Positions 36,966 to 45,604 of a DNA stretch of 46,760 nucleotides are shown piece after piece; position 1 is the first letter of the stretch; each line of letters opens with the position of its first letter. Both the position numbers and the translations under genes were made by a program. The notes beneath the pieces were generated by a model that searched no databases, had not been told where the DNA came from, and was given only the letters and a program-made list of their open reading frames with translations. The DNA lies in the NCBI GenBank assembly GCA_016208525.1, contig JACQYJ010000004.1, forward strand, positions 1 to 46,760. The letters are read 5' to 3'. This DNA is from Deltaproteobacteria bacterium (GTDB taxonomy: Bacteria > Desulfobacterota > JAENJC01).

Positions 36966-39539
36966 ATGGAAAACCTTACACCTGCCATGAGGCAGTATTG
37001 GGAGATAAAGGAAAGGTATCCGGATTCGATCCTGTTTTTCAGGATGGGCGACTTCTATGAGATGTTCTTTGATGACGCCATTACCGCATCAAAGGTCCTT
37101 GAGATAACCCTTACAAAGAGAGGGAAGAGCGGGGGGGAAGATATCCCCCTGTGCGGCGTCCCTTATCATGCGGCAGACGGCTACCTGGCTAAGCTTGTGA
37201 GGCACGGTTTCAGGGTGGCTGTATGCGAGCAGGTGGAGGACCCGAAGACCGCCAAGGGTGTGGTAAAGAGGGACGGAAAGAGCAACTCTTTCCTTATGGC
37301 GATCCATAGAGCGGATGGAAAGTTCGGTCTGGCCTTCCTTGACCTCACCACAGGTGAGTTTCTTGTCACTGAGCTTTCTGATACACAATCACTGAAGGAT
37401 GAGATAGGCCGCCTTGAACCAAAGGAGGTTATTGTCTCTGAAGGAGATGATGAACAGATCGGCCTGCTTCGGGATACCCTTGACGGGGCGCTGATAAACC
37501 GACTTCCGCCTGACAGGTTTGATCACGACAGGGCATTCCGAAATATTACGGAGCATTTCAAGGTTATCTCCCTGGACGGGTTTGGTCTATCCGGTCTAAA
37601 GGCTGCGACATCGGCAGCAGGGGCTGTGCTTTACTACATAAAGGAGACCCAGAAGGTTGAGACCCTTCCAATAAGCGGGATCAAAAGGTACAGCCTTGAT
37701 GACTACCTTTTTATAGATGATTCTGCCAGGAGGAACCTGGAGCTGGCATCTAACCTCCAGAACGGCGGGAAGAAAGGGTCTCTCCTCGGGCTGTTGGACG
37801 AGACCGTGACTTCCATGGGGGGGCGCAAACTGCGGAGCTGGCTCAACTATCCACTGATGGATGTAGACAGGATAAACGAGAGGCTTGACGCAGTCACGGA
37901 GTTGAAGGAGTGGCAGCTTGTGAGAAACAGGCTCAGGGAGACCCTTGGCGGGGTTTACGACATTGAACGCCTCAACTCAAGGATAACCCTCGGAAGCGCC
38001 AACGCCAGGGAGATGGTTGCAATGGCCTCCTCCCTCAAGAGGATACCTGAGATAAAGGCAGTGTTGAGCAACGAGCAACGGGCAATGAGTAAACTGCTGA
38101 ATGATATCGTGGAGGGGCTGGATGGCCTCCCTGATGTGGTGAAACTCATTGACGACGCCGTTCTGGAAAACCCTCCCTTTATACTCAGGGAAGGCGGTAT
38201 CATAAGGGACGGTTACAATCTGGAGCTTGACGACCTGCGCTCTATCAGCCGGGATGGCAAGGGTTATATTGCAAGGATTGAATCAAGGGAAAAAGAACGC
38301 ACAGGGATAAACTCCCTGAAGGTTCGTTACAACAAGGTCTTTGGTTACTATATAGAGGTCACCCAGGCAAACCTTTCCGCCATTCCTGCGGATTACATAA
38401 GAAAGCAGACCCTCGTAAACGCTGAAAGGTTCATAACCCCTGAGCTGAAGGAGTACGAGGCAACGGTCCTTACAGCAGAGGAAAGGATAAGGGAGATCGA
38501 GTATCGCCTCTTTCAGGAGGTAAGGGAGAGGGTTGCGGCAGAGTCGGCGCGGATACAGAAGACGTCGGAAGGACTCGCAATAGTTGATGCCCTGGCCTCT
38601 CTGGGCGAGGTGGCAGACAGGTTTAACTATACAAGACCTGAAATATCGGACTCCTGCCCCCTTCGGATAGTCAGCGGCAGACACCCTGTCGTTTCGAGCA
38701 TCTCCCGTTCCAACAGGTTCGTCCCGAACGACACATTCCTCGATTCCGGGGAAAACCAGATAGCCATCATTACAGGCCCAAATATGGCCGGAAAGTCCAC
38801 ATACATAAGACAGGTGGCCCTCATCACCATCATGGCCCAGATGGGGAGCTTCGTGCCGGCAGAGGAAGCCGAGATAGGGGTGGTGGACAGGGTATTCAGC
38901 AGGGTGGGGGCATCGGACGACCTCTCAAAGGGACAGAGCACATTCATGGTGGAGATGATAGAGACCGCCAATATCCTGAACAATGGCACATCTAAAAGCC
39001 TTATAATCCTTGATGAGATAGGCAGGGGGACATCTACCTTTGACGGACTGAGCATAGCATGGGCAGTGGCCGAGTATATATCCGACAGGGTAAAGGCAAA
39101 GACACTCTTCGCCACTCACTATCACGAGCTTACAGACCTTGCCCTTCTCAGGGGAAATATAAGGAACTTTAACGTGGCTGTAAGGGAGTGGAACGACCAG
39201 GTAATATTCCTGCATAAGATAGTGCCCGGTGGGGCAGACAGGTCTTACGGCATTCATGTTGCCCGGCTGGCCGGACTCCCTCAGGAACTCCTGCGAAGGG
39301 CCAGGGAGATACTCCTGAACCTTGAGAAAGGAGAATTCTCCCCAGAGGGGATGCCGAAGCTGGCTCAGATAAAAAAAGAGAGTGGTCAGGGGTCGGGAGT
39401 CAGGGGTCAGTTAGAGGCGCAACTGCCACTATTTGCCCCGAGGGACACACTAAGGGACGAGTTAAGGAGCATTGATGCGGATAACATGACCCCTCTTCAG
39501 GCGCTGGCAAAGATCGAGGAGCTCAAAAGGCTTATATGA
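36966..39539 (+). CDS. mutS: DNA mismatch repair protein MutS (with an atypical domain I/II junction and an in-frame heptamer insert)
   Basis: 857 aa with TPAMRQYWEIKERYPD..FFRMGDFYEMF (the Phe-x-Glu mismatch motif), Walker A GPNMAGKST, and DEIGRGTSTFDG..ATHYHEL. Confidence 0.95.
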   Translation: MENLTPAMRQYWEIKERYPDSILFFRMGDFYEMFFDDAITASKVLEITLTKRGKSGGEDIPLCGVPYHAADGYLAKLVRHGFRVAVCEQVEDPKTAKGVVKRDGKSNSFLMAIHRADGKFGLAFLDLTTGEFLVTELSDTQSLKDEIGRLEPKEVIVSEGDDEQIGLLRDTLDGALINRLPPDRFDHDRAFRNITEHFKVISLDGFGLSGLKAATSAAGAVLYYIKETQKVETLPISGIKRYSLDDYLFIDDSARRNLELASNLQNGGKKGSLLGLLDETVTSMGGRKLRSWLNYPLMDVDRINERLDAVTELKEWQLVRNRLRETLGGVYDIERLNSRITLGSANAREMVAMASSLKRIPEIKAVLSNEQRAMSKLLNDIVEGLDGLPDVVKLIDDAVLENPPFILREGGIIRDGYNLELDDLRSISRDGKGYIARIESREKERTGINSLKVRYNKVFGYYIEVTQANLSAIPADYIRKQTLVNAERFITPELKEYEATVLTAEERIREIEYRLFQEVRERVAAESARIQKTSEGLAIVDALASLGEVADRFNYTRPEISDSCPLRIVSGRHPVVSSISRSNRFVPNDTFLDSGENQIAIITGPNMAGKSTYIRQVALITIMAQMGSFVPAEEAEIGVVDRVFSRVGASDDLSKGQSTFMVEMIETANILNNGTSKSLIILDEIGRGTSTFDGLSIAWAVAEYISDRVKAKTLFATHYHELTDLALLRGNIRNFNVAVREWNDQVIFLHKIVPGGADRSYGIHVARLAGLPQELLRRAREILLNLEKGEFSPEGMPKLAQIKKESGQGSGVRGQLEAQLPLFAPRDTLRDELRSIDADNMTPLQALAKIEELKRLI

Positions 39540-39553
39540 TTCAGGAGGACAAA

Positions 39554-42500
39554 ATGAGCTATTTATGGACAATTGAAAATCTGTCAACATTGACAAGGCA
39601 CCCTGCGCCAAAGGTCAGGGAGTGGGCATCTGAAAGGCTTAAGACTTTGTATGGAAATGATGGCATTTCTGCGCTGGAAGGGCTGCTTAAAGAGAGGGAC
39701 AGGGGGTTGCTGACGAAGGCCCTGGACTACCTCCTTGAATATCCTTCTCCTCAATTCGCAGACCTGGCGCTTGACATATACAAACGGGAAAATGGTCATA
39801 TTGCCGGCATGTGCGCAATGGTCCTTGCAAAGCTCAAAGACAACCGGCTTGTCTCGGCCTTTGATGAAAAAGAATTCGTGGCCGGTAAAGAAGGATTGAT
39901 CGAGCTGCTTGCCGTGTGCAAGGCGCTGGGCGAGTTAGGGACAGATGCTGCCTGTAAAACACTGCAAACCATTATATATCATTCCGGGAAGAAGCCGGAT
40001 ACTGTTTCCATAAAAACTGTCCTGACTTCCATCCTGGATACAGGAAGTGGAGTTGATACAGTCCTCGAATTCTATCTTAACCATTATAAAAACTCAGGAA
40101 CAGCCGTCATTTCGGCCCTGATGGACTACTGCCAGTTCTGGCATAACGATGAGGAGCTTTCCGAAGGCAAGAAAGGGTTTTTCAGGAAGGGGTTCCCACC
40201 GGTGGTTGAAAACGCAATACATATTCTCAAATCTAACTCAGGGGACAAGATCGGCAGAGAGTTGGAGCGGCTTTTCAGGAAGGAGGATTTTTCAGGCGTC
40301 ATAGCGGCAGTCTTTGAATATGCTGATAATCTTGTAAAAGAAGCGGCTGAGCATGTCGGGGATAAATCTTTTTCAGAATGGGATATGCGAGAATCTCAGG
40401 CAAAGACAAACTACGACCTCATCCTTGCTATAAAAAATCTTCCTTCCCATCCCAAAGATGCTGACAAGGGGCTTGCAATGGCTGCAATTGGTTCACTTGC
40501 CAGACTTGACGAGATGAAATTACTTATTGGTCTTTCAATAACCATGGGGATCAAAGTCCTTCTTGATGAATTCCTGGAAGACAGGGGAGACACGGTGGAT
40601 GACAAATGGATTGAGGAAATCCTGCTGAATTCCTCCGAGAGGGATACGGTTGTTGATGAGACCATCCGTATTATAAAATGGAAAGCATATTCTCTCGGAA
40701 CCAGGCGTGGGATAAGCCTCTTGGGCCTTATCGGGGATGAAAGGGCGATCCCGTGCCTTGTCGAGCTTATCGGCAAAAAATCAGGAGATCTCGATGATGA
40801 GACAATAGATGAGGCGCTGGCTGCCCTCGTCCGCTTCGGAGAAAGGGCATTGCCCGCCCTTGAAAAGCTGATGGACGGCTCCGACCGTTCGGCAATCAAT
40901 GAAGCGTTTTTCATTTTAAAGGACATCCCCGCAAAAAAGACCGAAGAGCTTCTTCTCAGAAATTGGGACAGGTTTATGGGCATAAACAGGGAGCTGTTTA
41001 CAATGGCCCTGGGGGACGTTGCGTCAAAAGAATTCATCCCGCTCCTCCGCAAGGAAATAAAGGAGGGTGAGTTGATAGAGGCCGAAGTCTTCCACCTTCT
41101 CTGCCTTATTCACGGAGTGAAGGACCCATTGCTGCCGCAGATCGAGGAGGAACTGAAGAGGTCGGAAGAGGAAATGAAGAAGGCATTTGCCGGTTTTAAG
41201 GAGGGCGGCCTTTCATCCCTCATAGAGGCCCCGCTTAATCTTGAATTGAAATGCATGGACTGCGGGAGGGCGTATCACTACAAGATAGATGAGGTGGTCA
41301 TTAACTCCGAAAAACCGGGATCAGAACCGGAGATCACAGATATGATTACCTGTAAGAACTGCGGCTCTGTCAACAACTATGAATTGACGGATAAGGGGAG
41401 TACAAACCTGGCAATACGGGCATCCATGATAGCTGGTCTGTTGAAAGAGGGCAAGATTGAAGACCCGCTGGCATTGCCGATAAAGTTTATGAAGATGCGT
41501 TTTATGGGAAACAGGCCCATGTCTTCATTTAAAGAGGCCATTGAGGAATATAGAAGGGAGTTGGAAAAGAGTCCGCATGATCCCGCCCTGCGCATCGGCT
41601 ACGGGAACATGCTAAGGAGGAAGGGGATGTTAAACGAGGCTGAGTCCCAATTCAGTGAAGCTGCAAGGCTTGAACCCAATGCGGTCGAGGCGTATACACA
41701 GCTTGGGGAGATAGCGGAGAAGAGGGGGGATATCCATGCGGCATATAATTTTTATGCAAAGGCCCTTCAAAGGATGCCCGACGCCAGATATTTCAGGACC
41801 CAGGATATAGACGGGTATAAAGAAATGGTCGTGGATAAGCACCACTATCTCCGGCAGATTGCAGAAGGGAAGACCGATGTCAATCTTATCGAGGACGTGA
41901 TAAAGATAGAGCCTCACAGGAAAAAGGCGGGAAGGAACGACCCCTGTCCGTGCGGGAGCGGAAAGAAATACAAGAAATGCTGCCTTGCAAAGGATGAGGC
42001 TGCAAGCCACAAGACCGCAGTCACCTTGGTAGAGAGCAGCCTCACGGACAGACTCCTTTCCTTCGCCCTCCAGCAGCGGCTAAAAAAAGATTTTGAAAGC
42101 GCTTATTCCCTCTATTTCAAGAAACCTTTCAGAGAGCCGGTTGTCATGGACGAGGAGGATATTGAGTTCGGCGTCTTTCTGGATTGGTTTATCCACGATT
42201 TTCTGTTAAAGAGCGGGAAGACCGTTGTTGAAGAGTTCTACCAGGAGAATTTCCGCAGGATTTCAGGAGAGGAAAAAGCGGTGCTTGAATCGGAGATGCT
42301 TTCTTATCTGAGCGTTTATGAAGTGGCAGCAGTGGTTCCGGATGAAGGACTTATGCTTCATGACCTGATCACAGGGGAAGAGTTTGAGGTCAAGGACGTG
42401 AGGGGTTCCCGGAGCCTTGTCAGGTGGGACATTGTCATTGCCCGCGCAATAAGGCATAAAGCGGCCAACAAGCTGTCGGGCTTTGTGATGATCCTTCCGA

Positions 42501-43378
42501 GGGATGATAGAGAGAGATTTATGGCGGTTCTTTCAGCGAGGCGGGAGGAGTTCAGGAAAGAGACTGGGAAGAAGGAGTGGAGCGCCTTTTTGAAGTCAAG
42601 GGGGTATCTCCTTTTCCACACCTTCAATGAGCGAGAGACGTCAACGCCTGTTCCGTTCACTGAGGAGCGTCATCGGCTCATTGAGGCCAGGGCTGAATAT
42701 TACGCAGCGGATTTCCAATCAGCCCGCCGCCTCCTGTCTAATGAATTTGATTTTGTACTTGATGAGGAAAAGGAAGGGAAGGAGTTGCAATATACATGGC
42801 TGAAGCGCGGGAAGTCCGAGGCATGGGAAGAGGGCAAGCTGCCAAAGGAAGCAGGCATGCGGCCTATTATCATGCAATCTCAATTGATAAGCCAGGGCGG
42901 AGAGGTCCGCTTTAGCGCCCTCGGATCTATAAAAATAACTGCCAATAGACTGACCCTTGAATGCATCTCCAAAGAAAGGCTCGAACGCGGGAAGGCGAGG
43001 CTGAAGGAGATATTGGGAGACATTGTTCAGCACAAACAGGATTCAGTTAAGGCCTTTGAACCGTCCGGCAGCGAAAGAGACAAGAGACCTTCTGAGAATA
43101 TTGAAACAGGGATAGATAACGAAGCGAAGATATCTTTAATGTCCAGGTATTACAGCCAATATGTGGAAGAATGGATAAAGAGTCCGATACCGGCCCTTAA
43201 CGGCCTTTCGCCCCTTGAATCATGCAAGACCGAAGCAGGAAGGGCCAGGGTAGATGAAATCCTCAAGGGGATGGAAAACAGCGAGGAGCGAAATAGGCGG
43301 GACGGGAAGCCTTATATGGATGTGAACAAGATAAGGGAAAAACTGGAGGAGAGGCGTTGTGAAAAAGGTAAAAAGTAA
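39554..43378 (+). CDS. Large multidomain orphan protein: HEAT-like repeats / CxxC..CxxC zinc ribbon / TPR / SEC-C motif / unknown region / DUF2384-like C-terminal segment
   Basis: The ORF is open from 39536 (ATG overlapping the mutS TGA). ATG 39554 has a perfect SD aggagg (39543-39548) 5 nt upstream. The HEAT/PBS-lyase-like region reads ..ERAIPCLVELIGKKSGDLDDETIDEALAALVRFGERALPALEKLMDGSD... The zinc ribbon is CMDC (41252-) ... CKNC (41351-). The TPR region is ~41545-41785. The SEC-C motif is RNDPCPCGSGKKYKKCC (~41929-41985). The C-terminus WIKSPIPALNGLSPLESCKTEAGRARVDEILKGME (~43168-43270) resembles the Xre/MbcA/ParS (DUF2384) toxin-binding domain. Confidence 0.8.
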   Translation: MSYLWTIENLSTLTRHPAPKVREWASERLKTLYGNDGISALEGLLKERDRGLLTKALDYLLEYPSPQFADLALDIYKRENGHIAGMCAMVLAKLKDNRLVSAFDEKEFVAGKEGLIELLAVCKALGELGTDAACKTLQTIIYHSGKKPDTVSIKTVLTSILDTGSGVDTVLEFYLNHYKNSGTAVISALMDYCQFWHNDEELSEGKKGFFRKGFPPVVENAIHILKSNSGDKIGRELERLFRKEDFSGVIAAVFEYADNLVKEAAEHVGDKSFSEWDMRESQAKTNYDLILAIKNLPSHPKDADKGLAMAAIGSLARLDEMKLLIGLSITMGIKVLLDEFLEDRGDTVDDKWIEEILLNSSERDTVVDETIRIIKWKAYSLGTRRGISLLGLIGDERAIPCLVELIGKKSGDLDDETIDEALAALVRFGERALPALEKLMDGSDRSAINEAFFILKDIPAKKTEELLLRNWDRFMGINRELFTMALGDVASKEFIPLLRKEIKEGELIEAEVFHLLCLIHGVKDPLLPQIEEELKRSEEEMKKAFAGFKEGGLSSLIEAPLNLELKCMDCGRAYHYKIDEVVINSEKPGSEPEITDMITCKNCGSVNNYELTDKGSTNLAIRASMIAGLLKEGKIEDPLALPIKFMKMRFMGNRPMSSFKEAIEEYRRELEKSPHDPALRIGYGNMLRRKGMLNEAESQFSEAARLEPNAVEAYTQLGEIAEKRGDIHAAYNFYAKALQRMPDARYFRTQDIDGYKEMVVDKHHYLRQIAEGKTDVNLIEDVIKIEPHRKKAGRNDPCPCGSGKKYKKCCLAKDEAASHKTAVTLVESSLTDRLLSFALQQRLKKDFESAYSLYFKKPFREPVVMDEEDIEFGVFLDWFIHDFLLKSGKTVVEEFYQENFRRISGEEKAVLESEMLSYLSVYEVAAVVPDEGLMLHDLITGEEFEVKDVRGSRSLVRWDIVIARAIRHKAANKLSGFVMILPRDDRERFMAVLSARREEFRKETGKKEWSAFLKSRGYLLFHTFNERETSTPVPFTEERHRLIEARAEYYAADFQSARRLLSNEFDFVLDEEKEGKELQYTWLKRGKSEAWEEGKLPKEAGMRPIIMQSQLISQGGEVRFSALGSIKITANRLTLECISKERLERGKARLKEILGDIVQHKQDSVKAFEPSGSERDKRPSENIETGIDNEAKISLMSRYYSQYVEEWIKSPIPALNGLSPLESCKTEAGRARVDEILKGMENSEERNRRDGKPYMDVNKIREKLEERRCEKGKK

Positions 43379-43495
43379 ACCGCAGAATGCTGAAATGGCC
43401 GACTATGATTCGGATGAGACCTTTTATCCTAAAAACGGCAGTTGTTCTCGCAAAGCCGCAAAGTACGCGAAGAAAACAAAAGACTTGGAATTTAA

Positions 43496-43697
43496 CCTAA
43501 AAAAAGCATTTGCCACTGACTTTCACGGACTAAGAGCAAGTAATTAAAAGATTTTTCGACAAGCATTTAATTAAAAGATTTTTCGACAAGCATTAGAATC
43601 ACCTTTTGGGTGAACTGCTCATAATGTTTGAATGTTTCTTTGATAAGGTTTTGTCCGTATTTGTCCGTGGCCAACTGCCGTTTTTAGGTTTAAAAGT
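43496..43697. mobile_element. MITE copy 3 (complete, 202 bp, with an internal ~27-bp tandem duplication) flanked by a 5-bp direct duplication TTTAA
   Basis: The left end is cctaaaaaaagcatttgccactgactttcacggac and the right end is gtccgtatttgtccgtggccaactgccgtttttagg. tttaa occurs at 43491-43495 and at 43698-43702. The unit taattaaaagatttttcgacaagcat is duplicated at 43541-43566 and 43568-43593. Confidence 0.8.
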
Positions 43698-43814
43698 AAT
43701 TCACCTGTCTGGTGATCCTGGTTTTCAACCAAATCTATTGATTTTCCTCTGCGATCTCTGCGTCCTCTGCGGTTAAATGCTCTTTTTAGGTTTATTATAT
43801 TGCAGGGTATACGG

Positions 43815-43945
43815 ATGGCGGCGCTCCCTATGGCGTAACATGGGAAGAGATGGAGAAAGAAGCGGCAGGAGAGACAACAGGGTCAAGGGATTAGTCATTA
43901 AGGTTCCAAATCCCGTCAACCTCCTGGGCGCCCCACACAGATTCA
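43815..43945 (+). ncRNA. Candidate molybdenum cofactor (Moco) riboswitch upstream of moaC (tentative)
   Basis: The position is upstream of moaC-moaA. The hairpin gggatt(43887-43892)...aatccc(43909-43914) is followed by GUCAACCUCC. I recall CCCGUCAACC plus a GGyC..GGG stem as conserved in the Moco RNA motif. The 5' CCUCCGAGCC block that I also recall is not evident here. Confidence 0.3.
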
Positions 43946-43988
43946 GGTTCACTGTTGACAATAAGTGCGCAAGGTGGCATTCTACAGC

Positions 43989-44486
43989 ATGGAAAAGAAG
44001 CTGACTCACTTTAATTCTTATGGAAGGGCAAGGATGGTGGACGTGTCCGCCAAGGAGGCAACCGAAAGGGTTGCCGTAGCCGGCGGGAAGGTGCGGATGC
44101 AGCCCGAAACTCTGAAGCTCATACAGGCAGGGAAGATGAAAAAGGGGGATGTGCTTGCTGTGGCCCAGGTAGCCGGGATCATGGGGGCAAAGAAGACATC
44201 GGAACTCATCCCAATGTGCCATCCTCTTCTTCTCACGTCCGTGGATATAACCTTCAGCGAAGATGCTGCCCTGGATTTAGACGGCCTCGTATCCATCCAT
44301 CTGGAGGCCAGGGTCAAGACCACAGGCCAGACAGGGGTTGAAATGGAGGCCCTCACCGCAGTCACCACGACGCTCCTTACCATATACGACATGTGCAAGG
44401 CCGTTGACAAAGGAATGAGCTTTGAGGATATATCACTTCTGTCCAAGACAGGCGGGAAGTCGGGAGAATACAAGAGAAAGGGGTGA
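43989..44486 (+). CDS. moaC: Cyclic pyranopterin monophosphate synthase
   Basis: [22 protein letters not shown]..and..[30 protein letters not shown] 43989 is preferred over GTG 43965. Confidence 0.9.
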   Translation: MEKKLTHFNSYGRARMVDVSAKEATERVAVAGGKVRMQPETLKLIQAGKMKKGDVLAVAQVAGIMGAKKTSELIPMCHPLLLTSVDITFSEDAALDLDGLVSIHLEARVKTTGQTGVEMEALTAVTTTLLTIYDMCKAVDKGMSFEDISLLSKTGGKSGEYKRKG

Positions 44487-44492
44487 GGGCTA

Positions 44493-44553
44493 AAGGATGA
44501 AGGATGAAGAAAAACTATTCTTTTTCATCCCTTATCCTTCATCCCTCATCCTT
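44493..44553. repeat. Inverted AAGGATG heptamer array forming a hairpin, followed by a T-run, between moaC and moaA
   Basis: Sequence is aaaggatgaaggatgaagaaaaactattctttttcatcccttatccttcatccctcatcctt, then ggtttttt and ATG (44562). The same word forms the array at 1878-1910. Confidence 0.75.
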
Positions 44554-44561
44554 GGTTTTTT

Positions 44562-45551
44562 ATGAATATAACAGACTCCTACAACCGAAAGATTGAATAT
44601 CTCCGGGTCTCAGTGACAGATCGGTGCAACATGCGCTGTACATACTGCATGCCGACTGAAGGGATCAAGCTCATTCCGCATCATGAACTCCTTCACTACG
44701 GAGAGATAAGGGAAGTTGTAAGGGCAGGCGCACTCCTCGGCATAAAGAGCGTCCGGCTTACCGGCGGCGAGCCCACTATAAGAAAGGAGCTGTCAAGGTT
44801 CATCTCCATGCTTAAGGAGGTTGAAGGGATCGAAGAGGTCACCCTGACCACCAACGCCCTCCTTCTTTCAAAACTGGCGCAGGAGTTCAAGGATGCCGGA
44901 CTGGACAGGGTCAATATAAGCCTTGATTCGCTGAAGCCGGAGAGATTTTCTGAAATTACACGAGGCGGGGATTTAAAGGCGGTTCTGGAAGGGATTCAGG
45001 CCGCTCTCGATGCAGACCTTTCGCCTGTTAAGTTGAACGTTGTTGTCATCCCGGGGTTTAACGACGACGAGGTGGAGGAGATGGCAGCCTTGAGCATAGA
45101 AAGGCCTCTTCATGTGCGCTATATTGAATTCATGCCCATTGGAGACCAGAGGCTTCATAAGGAGAAGAAGTATATCAGGACCGCTGAACTGGTTGAGAGA
45201 TTGAAAAAAAGGTTTGAATTATCAGTTGCGAATAAGGGCGCGGGCATGGGGCCCGCCAGTACGTATAGGATCAGCGGCGCGAAAGGCACCGTCGGGTTCA
45301 TAAGCTCCATAAGCGAGCACTTTTGCGGCACCTGCAACCGGCTCAGGCTTTCTTCGGACGGCTGGCTCAGGTCATGCCTTTTTAATGAGAAACTGGCTGT
45401 TGAGATGAAAACCCCTCTCAGAAACGGCGCATCCCTGGATGATTTGAAAGAACTGTTTATGAAGGCCGCAGGGATAAGACCGGTTGGACATGAACTGGAT
45501 ACAAGGGGCTCACTTGATTTCAAGAGGACCATGTCACAGATAGGGGGATAG
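44562..45551 (+). CDS. moaA: GTP 3',8-cyclase (radical SAM)
   Basis: 329 aa with YLRVSVTDRCNMRCTYCMP and C-terminal CGTCNRLRLSSDG. Confidence 0.95.
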   Translation: MNITDSYNRKIEYLRVSVTDRCNMRCTYCMPTEGIKLIPHHELLHYGEIREVVRAGALLGIKSVRLTGGEPTIRKELSRFISMLKEVEGIEEVTLTTNALLLSKLAQEFKDAGLDRVNISLDSLKPERFSEITRGGDLKAVLEGIQAALDADLSPVKLNVVVIPGFNDDEVEEMAALSIERPLHVRYIEFMPIGDQRLHKEKKYIRTAELVERLKKRFELSVANKGAGMGPASTYRISGAKGTVGFISSISEHFCGTCNRLRLSSDGWLRSCLFNEKLAVEMKTPLRNGASLDDLKELFMKAAGIRPVGHELDTRGSLDFKRTMSQIGG

Positions 45552-45559
45552 TTTAAATT

Positions 45560-45587
45560 TCAAATCTCAAATCTCAAATCTCAAATT
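45560..45587. repeat. TCAAATC heptamer array (3 perfect units plus 1 variant) immediately 5' of alr
   Basis: tcaaatc occurs three times (45560-45580), followed by tcaaatt. Confidence 0.85.
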
Positions 45588-45604
45588 ATCAGGGAAGACC
45601 TACA

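Noticed and set aside
43359-43547. 62-aa ORF (and the 67-aa ORF 3301..3504 on the other strand) sharing sequence, as a possible small conserved protein
   Set aside because: The shared part is simply the MITE read in one frame or the other (..LKKAFATDFHGLRASN). The non-shared parts are unrelated, and there is no SD.
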